DNA from: an uncultured bacterium
GTDB lineage: Bacteria > Chloroflexota > Anaerolineae > B4-G1
Reading direction: 5' to 3'
NCBI GenBank assembly: GCA_965612745.1
Contig: CBFDTD010000001.1
Span: 6,937 to 70,936, forward strand
DNA length: 64,000 nucleotides
Every line of letters begins with the position of its first letter. Within the stretch, counting starts at the first letter, position 1. Position numbers and translations under genes: made by a program. The notes beneath the pieces were generated by a model that was given only the letters and a program-made list of their open reading frames with translations, was not told where the DNA came from and made no database searches. Shown piece after piece: positions 56,977 through 64,000 of the stretch.

Positions 56977-59900
56977 ATGGCCTGTTTGGAAAGTAAGTCA
57001 TATGCTCGCATCACCAGTGCAGAGGAACTGCCACGGTTGATCGAGGTCCAACTCGAGTCCTTCCATTGGTTACAGACGGAGGGCCTGGCTCAACTTTTCG
57101 ACGAAATCTCCCCTATCGAGAGTTTCAACGGCAACCTCAAACTGTATTTCCCTGGTTCTAAGGCCCGGGAGGCTCAGTTTGATCTCAGTTATCGCTTCGG
57201 CGAGCCCAAGTATTCGGAGGAAGAGTGCCTCGAGCGGGATATTACATATGCGGCTCCGCTGTACGTTCAGGTGGTGCTCGATAACCGCGAGACGGGTGAG
57301 ATCGTCGAATCGGAGATCTTTCTCGGCGACTTTCCATTGATGACCGAGAATGGTACTTTCATCATCAACGGTACTGAGCGGGTTGTCGTCAGCCAGTTGA
57401 TCCGTTCGCCTGGCGTCTACTTCGACGTTGAGGAAGATCGGGTTACCGGCCGGCGGCTCAGTACGGCCAAACTCATTCCTGATCGCGGGGCCTGGATGGA
57501 GTTCGAGACACGCAAGTCTGACTACCTCACGATCAAGTTCAACCGTAAGCGTACTTTGCCTGTCACCATTCTGCTGCGGGCCCTGGCAGCGGTGGATGAC
57601 CGGACGGGGGACAATATCCTGGGCGATGGGAGCGATGAGGAGTTGCTGGCCCTTTTCCAGGACGCCGATAGCAATCCTCAGCACCAGTACATTGCCACGA
57701 CCATCCGTCAGGAGCCGCACTGGGAGCCCAGAGATGGGCGTACGCTGGCAGAAGAGGCACTATTGGAGTTCTACCGCCGCATGCGTCCTGGCGACCCGCC
57801 TACGCTGGAGAATGCACGTGAGTATCTGGAGCAGCAACTCTTCGATCCCCGGCGCTACGACTTGCAGCGAGTGGGCCGCTATAAACTGAACCAACGGCTT
57901 GGTCTCGATATGAGCCTCGATCATCGTACTGTTACCAAACGGGACCTGGTGGCCCTGGTGGAGCGCTTGATCCGCATCAACAATGGCATCGAAGATGCCG
58001 ATGATATTGACCATCTAGGCAACCGTCGTGTCAAGACAGTGGGGGAACTGGTCCAGAACAAATTGCGTATCGGTCTGCGTCGCATGGAACGAGTGGTGGT
58101 AGAGCGCATGTCCATCCGCGAATCCGAGTCGCTGACGCCGGTGAGCTTGATTAACATTCGTCCGGTCGTCGCAGCCCTGCGCGAGTTCTTTGGCTCCAGC
58201 CAACTCTCGCAGTTTATGGAGCAGACCAACCCATTGGCTGAATTGACCCACAAGCGCACCCTTTCGGCGCTAGGGCCGGGTGGGTTGCGACGCGAGCGAG
58301 CCCGTTTCGACGTGCGCGATGTACACTACAGTCACTATGGGCGTATCTGTCCCATTGAGACCCCTGAGGGGCCTAATATCGGGTTGATCGGTCGTCTGGC
58401 AACACACGCTCGCGTCAATTCTCTCGGCTTCATTGAGACACCTTATCGAAAAGTTATTCGCGCCGTAGAGCCCACCGTCGAGGCGCTTACCGGTCAGACG
58501 TTGAGGGAAGACATAGTGGACCCTGAGAGTGGTGAGGTGGTGGCCGAGGCGGGAACAGAGGTGACGCCTGAGTTGGCCGAGCGGATCGCTGCATTGGGCC
58601 TCGTGGATGAAGTGCCTATCGTGCCGGTGGTGAGTAGTGAAATCGTGTATCTCACGGCCGATAAGGAAGATCAATACACGATCGCCCAGTCCAATGCTGA
58701 GTTGGATGAGAAAGGGCATTTCGTGCAACCGCGCATCTCGGCCCGCCGTGCCGATAAGTTCCTGTTCGCCGCGCCGGAGAGGATTGACTATATTGATGTC
58801 GCTCCTTGTCAAATCGTGGGTGTTTCAGCATCGTTGATCCCCTTCCTGGAGCACGACGACGCCAACCGTGCGCTGATGGGCTCCAATATGCAGCGCCAGG
58901 CGGTGCCGCTTATTCAGCCTGAAGCGCCCATAGTAGCCACCGGGATGGAGCGTCGGGCGGCCCTTGATTCAGGGCAGTTTGTGTTTGCAGAAGATAATGG
59001 GGAGGTGGTTAGCGTCACGGGCGATAGGATCGTGGTTCGCTACGCCGATGGGTTGCGCGTTTATCCTCTTCGTAAGTACCAACGTTCAAACCAGAGCACC
59101 TGTATTGACCAGCGGCCTGTGGTCTACAAGGGGCAGCGGGTGCGTAAGGGGCAGGTGCTTGCGGATAGTTCTTCGACCGAGGGGGGTGAACTGGCGCTGG
59201 GGCATAACGTGGTGTGTGCTTTTCTCTCCTGGGAGGGTGGGAACTTCGAAGACGCCATCCTCATTAGTGAGCGGCTGGTACGTGAGGATAAGTTTACTTC
59301 CATCCATATCGAGAAGCACGAAGTTGAGGCTCGCGACACCAAACTCGGCCTGGAGGAGATTACCCGTGACATCCCTAACGTGGGCGATGAGGCGTTAAAG
59401 GATCTCGATGAGAGTGGTATCATTCGCGTTGGAGCGGAAGTGGGGCCTCTGGATATTCTGGTGGGTAAGATTACGCCCAAAGGTGAGAAGGAACTGAGCC
59501 CCGAGGAGAAACTACTGCGGGCCATCTTCGGCGAGAAAGCCCGTGAGGTGAAGGATTCCAGCCTGCGCCTGCCTCATGGAGAACGCGGCAAGGTCGTGGA
59601 CGTTAAAGTATTCGATCGTGAGGAGCATCGGGATCTCAAGGCTGGTGTGGAAAAGATGGTGCGTGTTAGCGTGGCCCAGTTGCGCAAGATCACCGAAGGT
59701 GACAAGATGGCAGGCCGTCACGGTAACAAGGGGGTCATCTCCCAGGTCGTGCCCATCGAGGATATGCCTTTCCTACCTGATGGTACTCCGGTTGATTTGA
59801 TATTGAACCCGTTGGGTGTTCCTGGGCGGATGAACATCGGTCAGATTCTCGAGACGCATCTGGGGTGGGCTGCTTCTCGGCTAGGTTTTCGGGCCGTCAC

Positions 59901-60879
59901 GCCGGTTTTTGACGGTGCGAACGAATCCCAGGTTGAAGCCGAACTGGCACGGGCCTGGCTCATTGATCGTGCCTGGGATGAGATCACCGAGCGTGCGTGG
60001 GCCTGGCTGAAAGCGCAGGATTATCCCCTGGAAACATTGAGGGATGATGATGAGGCGCGGCGGCTGTATATCGTAGCCTGGTTGGCAGAGCGTGGTTATG
60101 ACGTGGACCGCTTGATCATGGAGCACATCTACGCCCGGCGGGCAGTACTACGCGAATGGTTGCGGGAGAGAGGCTACGATCCGGACGAGTTGCTCTCCTT
60201 TGGGGATGACACACGCACGTTGGCCGAAGGTGTTGTGGCGGATCAGCGGGCGAGAATAACCTGCCTGCGTGTCTGGTTAGAGGACCGTGGTCGGGAAGTG
60301 GCCGATCTGGATGACGACGCGGTGGAGGCATTGGCCAGGCAGGTGAGTATGGAAACCTCCGATCCGCTGCCGATTCTGGGCAAGATGATCCTCCGCGATG
60401 GCAAGACAGGCGAGCCCTTCGATCGGCCGGTGACGGTGGGAGTGATTTATATGATGAAACTGGCTCACCTGGTTGAGGACAAAGTGCATGCGCGCTCTAC
60501 GGGACCTTATAGTCTGGTGACGCAACAGCCGTTGGGTGGCAAGGCTCAATTCGGTGGTCAGCGTTTTGGTGAGATGGAGGTGTGGGCGCTGGAGGCTTAT
60601 GGTGCTGCTCACGCGCTTCAGGAGATGCTTACCATTAAGTCGGACGATGTGCAGGGGCGTGTCAAGACTTACGAGGCCATCGTTAAAGGGGAGCCTGTCC
60701 AGGAACCGGGGGTTCCGGCTTCGTTCAAGGTGCTGGTGAAGGAACTGCAAAGTCTGGGGCTGGCGGTCGAAGCGGTCACTCAGGATGGCGAGGTGTTACA
60801 CTTCGGCAGGGATGAGGAGAAGACCAAGGTGCCCAAGTTGGGCATGGGGCTCTTAGGTTTGGGGCAGCAGAAACGGTAG
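56977..60879 (+). CDS. rpoB: DNA-directed RNA polymerase beta subunit carrying a lineage-specific roughly 150-aa insertion
   Basis: Universal rpoB blocks ([36 protein letters not shown]) are present. The insertion lies between TPVFDGA and [13 protein letters not shown]. Confidence 0.95.
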   Translation: MACLESKSYARITSAEELPRLIEVQLESFHWLQTEGLAQLFDEISPIESFNGNLKLYFPGSKAREAQFDLSYRFGEPKYSEEECLERDITYAAPLYVQVVLDNRETGEIVESEIFLGDFPLMTENGTFIINGTERVVVSQLIRSPGVYFDVEEDRVTGRRLSTAKLIPDRGAWMEFETRKSDYLTIKFNRKRTLPVTILLRALAAVDDRTGDNILGDGSDEELLALFQDADSNPQHQYIATTIRQEPHWEPRDGRTLAEEALLEFYRRMRPGDPPTLENAREYLEQQLFDPRRYDLQRVGRYKLNQRLGLDMSLDHRTVTKRDLVALVERLIRINNGIEDADDIDHLGNRRVKTVGELVQNKLRIGLRRMERVVVERMSIRESESLTPVSLINIRPVVAALREFFGSSQLSQFMEQTNPLAELTHKRTLSALGPGGLRRERARFDVRDVHYSHYGRICPIETPEGPNIGLIGRLATHARVNSLGFIETPYRKVIRAVEPTVEALTGQTLREDIVDPESGEVVAEAGTEVTPELAERIAALGLVDEVPIVPVVSSEIVYLTADKEDQYTIAQSNAELDEKGHFVQPRISARRADKFLFAAPERIDYIDVAPCQIVGVSASLIPFLEHDDANRALMGSNMQRQAVPLIQPEAPIVATGMERRAALDSGQFVFAEDNGEVVSVTGDRIVVRYADGLRVYPLRKYQRSNQSTCIDQRPVVYKGQRVRKGQVLADSSSTEGGELALGHNVVCAFLSWEGGNFEDAILISERLVREDKFTSIHIEKHEVEARDTKLGLEEITRDIPNVGDEALKDLDESGIIRVGAEVGPLDILVGKITPKGEKELSPEEKLLRAIFGEKAREVKDSSLRLPHGERGKVVDVKVFDREEHRDLKAGVEKMVRVSVAQLRKITEGDKMAGRHGNKGVISQVVPIEDMPFLPDGTPVDLILNPLGVPGRMNIGQILETHLGWAASRLGFRAVTPVFDGANESQVEAELARAWLIDRAWDEITERAWAWLKAQDYPLETLRDDDEARRLYIVAWLAERGYDVDRLIMEHIYARRAVLREWLRERGYDPDELLSFGDDTRTLAEGVVADQRARITCLRVWLEDRGREVADLDDDAVEALARQVSMETSDPLPILGKMILRDGKTGEPFDRPVTVGVIYMMKLAHLVEDKVHARSTGPYSLVTQQPLGGKAQFGGQRFGEMEVWALEAYGAAHALQEMLTIKSDDVQGRVKTYEAIVKGEPVQEPGVPASFKVLVKELQSLGLAVEAVTQDGEVLHFGRDEEKTKVPKLGMGLLGLGQQKR

Positions 60880-61094
60880 TCCGTGCAATCCGGGTTGGCA
60901 TTGGTGGAGCGGCTTCAGGTTTCTGATACGTGGTTTGACTTCTGGCAGTTTTGTGGTAATATATACTCACCAGATGGGCAGCAGCTAGAGCCCCTGCTGC
61001 CCGGTTGACAAGCAAAAGGGTTTGTTTAGGGATTTATGAAGGAGGCCATCGGTATGGGTGGATGGCCTTCTTCACTGAGTTTGAGGGGGTAAAG

Positions 61095-61514
61095 GTGCCT
61101 ACTATTAATCAGTTAGTTCGCAAGGGAAGAAAACCTAAGCCGCGCAAGTCCAAGGCGCCAGCGTTGCAGTATACTTTTAACTCTTTCAAGCGGCAGCGCA
61201 TCCGGCGTCCTGAAGGAGCACCACAGAAACGAGGTGTGTGCACGCAGGTACGCACGATGACGCCTAAGAAACCTAACTCTGCGCTACGGAAAATTGCTCG
61301 TGTGCGGCTGACCAACGGCATCGAGGTGACTGCCTACATTCCGGGTGAAGGGCATACATTGCAGGAGCACTCGGTGGTGTTGGTGCGGGGCGGGCGCGTC
61401 AAGGACCTGCCTGGCGTGCGCTACCATATCGTTAGAGGTGCTCTGGATGCAACGGGAGTAGATGGTCGTGCACAGCAGCGTTCCAAGTACGGCACCAAGC
61501 GACCCAAAAAATAG
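61095..61514 (+). CDS. rpsL: 30S ribosomal protein S12, with a roughly 13-aa N-proximal insertion and a GTG start
   Basis: The S12 pattern [11 protein letters not shown]...KRGVCT...[11 protein letters not shown] is present, and there is a gaggggg RBS. The insertion is [17 protein letters not shown]. Confidence 0.9.
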   Translation: MPTINQLVRKGRKPKPRKSKAPALQYTFNSFKRQRIRRPEGAPQKRGVCTQVRTMTPKKPNSALRKIARVRLTNGIEVTAYIPGEGHTLQEHSVVLVRGGRVKDLPGVRYHIVRGALDATGVDGRAQQRSKYGTKRPKK

Positions 61515-61531
61515 GAATCGAGGTAGGTGAT

Positions 61532-62002
61532 ATGCCCCGACGGTATCGTCCGCCAAAGCGACAGATTGAGCCCGACATTCGTTACAATAGCGTGATGGTG
61601 GCTCAGTTCATCAATAAGATTATGAAGAAGGGGAAGAAGAGCCTGGCAACGCGGATCATGTATGACGCACTGGATATTGTTCAGGAGCGGACGAAGCGGC
61701 CTCCGCTGGAGGTGATGGAAGAGGCGGTGAGGAACGTCTCACCGGTGCTGGAGGTCAAACCGCGTCGCGTGGGAGGCTCTACATACCAGATTCCGGTCGA
61801 GGTACCGCCACATCGCCAGGTCAGTCTGGCTATGCGTTGGCTGCTGGCTGCTGCGCGCAATCGCCCCGGTAAGTCAATGGCCGAAAGATTAGCCGGTGAG
61901 TTGATAGACGCGGCGCGTGGGACCGGAGCGGCTGTTAAGAAGAAAGAGAATACCCACAAGATGGCCGAGGCCAACCGTGCCTTTGCTCATTACCGGTGGT
62001 AA
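61532..62002 (+). CDS. rpsG: 30S ribosomal protein S7
   Basis: The S7 pattern MPRR...PDIRYNS...VMVAQFIN is present. Confidence 0.9.
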   Translation: MPRRYRPPKRQIEPDIRYNSVMVAQFINKIMKKGKKSLATRIMYDALDIVQERTKRPPLEVMEEAVRNVSPVLEVKPRRVGGSTYQIPVEVPPHRQVSLAMRWLLAAARNRPGKSMAERLAGELIDAARGTGAAVKKKENTHKMAEANRAFAHYRW

Positions 62003-62004
62003 TA

Positions 62005-62058
62005 TGCGTAATGCGTAAAACGTAATGCATAATTACGTTTTGCGTTTTACGTTTTACG
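62005..62058 (+). promoter_or_regulatory. AT-rich palindromic heptamer array (tgcgtaa tgcgtaa aacgtaa tgcataa ttacgtt ttgcgtt ttacgtt ttacgtg) forming a hairpin plus U-rich tail between rpsG and fusA
   Basis: An inverted repeat aaaacgtaat/attacgtttt with loop gcata is read directly, and the segment is a GC-poor island. Confidence 0.4.
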
Positions 62059-62061
62059 TGC

Positions 62062-64000
62062 GATGGACGGTGCCCGCTCTCTGGATCGCATACGGAACAT
62101 TGGCATTATCGCCCATATTGACGCGGGCAAGACGACGACGACTGAGCGCATTCTGTTCTACACCGGTCGTACCCATCGCATGGGTAGCGTGGACGAGGGG
62201 ACGACGGTCACAGATTGGATGGCGCAGGAGCGGGAGCGGGGCATCACGATCACGGCAGCAGCCGTGACCTGCTTCTGGCGGGGTTACCAGATTAACATTG
62301 TAGATACACCTGGGCACATTGATTTCACCGCTGAGGTGCAGCGCAGTCTGCGCGTTCTTGACGGTGGTATCGTCGTCTTTGATGCGGTGGCGGGAGTGGA
62401 GCCGCAATCGGAGACGGTGTGGCGGCAGGCACAGGGATTTGGTGTGCCGCTGATCGCCTTCATTAACAAGATGGATAAACTGGGCGCCGATTTCGCTCAT
62501 GCGATCGAAACGATCCGCGAACGGTTGGCCGTCAATCCGGTCGCCATTCAATGGCCCATTGGCTGCGAAGCCGACTTCCGGGGGGTGGTGGACCTGCTGG
62601 AGATGCGGGCCATCGTCTGGACGGACGAGTTAGGAGCGGCGCCTGAGGTCGTGGGGATACCGCCTGAATTGGAAGATGTGGTGCGTGAGGCGCAGGAGCA
62701 GGCCCTGGAGCAGATCGTCGAGACCGACGATGAGTTAATGATGCTCTACCTGGAGGGACAGGAGATTTCGGCTGCTCGACTGCGTCAAGCGCTGCGGCGG
62801 GCGACTTTGTCTGGGCAGTTGAATCCGGTCCTGTGTGGCTCGGCGTTGCGCAACAAGGGAATCCAGCCTCTGCTCGATGCGGTGGTGGATTACCTGCCCT
62901 CACCGCTGGATATTCCGCCGGTGGAGGGGCTCAACCCTTATACAAAAAAGATAGAGACTCGTCCTGCTGACCCCAATGTACCCTTGGCGGCATTGGTCTT
63001 TAAAATCGCGAACGACCCTTATGTGGGCCGCTTGGCTTATTTCCGGGTCTATTCCGGGAAGGTGAAGGTCGGTTCCAGGGTCTTCAACGCTACCAAGCGA
63101 CGCAAGGAGCGCATCGGCAAGTTGCTCCGTATGTTCGCCGATCGCCGGGAGGAGATCCAGGAGTTGAGCGCGGGGGATATCGGTGCGACGCTGGGGCTGA
63201 AAGACACTTTCACCGGCGAGACGCTGTGTGCGCCCCAGGGGCCGATCATCCTCGAGTCGATTTCCTTCCCGGAACCGGTCATCTCGGTGGCGATTGAGCC
63301 GAGGACGATGGCCGATCAGGATCGGCTGGCCGAAGGGTTGCGGCGTTTGGCCGAGGAAGATCCCACCTTTGTGGTGCGGGTTGACGAGAACACCGGGCAG
63401 ACGCTCATCTCCGGGATGGGGGAACTGCATCTGGAGATTCTGACCGACCGGCTGGTGCGTGAGTTCGGCGTGAGCGGGCGGGTGAGCCGTCCACGAGTCA
63501 GTTACCGTGAGACGATCACACAGCGGGCAGAAGGTGAGGGGTTGTTCGAGCGGCAGGCTGGGGGCCGGGCTCACTTCGGCCACGTGTGGCTGGAGGTGGA
63601 GCCTTTACCTACCGGTGGGGGATTCGCCTTTGAGGATGCCACACGAGGCCGGGCCTTGCCACCGGAGTTCGTCGAGGCAGTCGAACGAGGCTGCCGCGAG
63701 GCGATGGAGAGCGGCGTATTGGCCGGCTACCAGATGGTGGACGTGAAGGTCAGGCTGCTCGATGCGGAATGGGATGAGGAGGCGTCCTCGGAACTGGCTT
63801 TCAAAGTGGCAGGCTCTATGGCCTTCAATCAGGCAGTGGAGGAGGCCGGCCCAGTCCTGTTGGAGCCGGTGATGGATCTGGAGGTGGTTGTGCCGGAGGC
63901 ATACACCGGCGACGTAGTGGGGGATTTGAACGCTCGAGGAGCCGAGATCAGGGAGATGAATTCCCGAGCGGGAGGGTTGCAGGCGATACGTGCCTTCGTC
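62062..64000 (+). CDS. fusA: Elongation factor G, 3'-truncated by the window edge. It is absent from the ORF track because no stop codon falls inside the window.
   Basis: The translation from ATG 62062 reads MDGARSLDRIRNIGIIAHIDAGKTTTTERILFYTG...DTPGHIDFT..., the canonical EF-G G-domain. Confidence 0.9.

Noticed and set aside
62025-62267. 80-aa ORF listed at the start of the fusA region
   Set aside because: It is out of frame with the obvious EF-G reading frame, which begins at 62062 and runs off the window.

Overview
High-GC bacterial chromosomal window; gene content and order are consistent with a Chloroflexota-like genome, but that taxonomic call is a guess. The core is housekeeping genes. 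It starts with a partial dnaN and mutL. The rpsB-tsf-pyrH-frr-uppS-cdsA cluster, fbp and rho are on the minus strand. At the 3' end rpoB and the rpsL-rpsG-fusA operon are on the plus strand. Two stable RNAs are recognisable: a tmRNA (ssrA) with its own sigma70-like promoter, and tRNA-Glu(UUC). Accessory content includes: (i) two tandem YgeW-type carbamoyltransferase paralogs followed by carbamate kinase; (ii) a four-subunit 2-oxoacid:ferredoxin oxidoreductase operon; (iii) the three-gene AmmeMemoRadiSam system; (iv) a peptide-type ABC transporter whose substrate-binding protein looks circularly permuted; (v) a large methyltransferase-like protein with degenerate catalytic motifs and a zinc ribbon; (vi) a hybrid sensor kinase, response regulator and heme-less globin-like sensor gene trio. 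Non-coding structure is rich. There is a ~245-bp MITE-like element with terminal inverted repeats in three copies. A REP-like double-hairpin family occurs in at least four copies. Several tandem micro-repeat arrays lie in intergenic spacers. A candidate c-di-AMP (ydaO-type) riboswitch sits upstream of a YabE-like cell-wall gene. A duplicated 37-bp segment creates a uORF overlapping the trmD start codon. Many long antisense ORFs in the six-frame track are GC-driven shadow ORFs and were not called.
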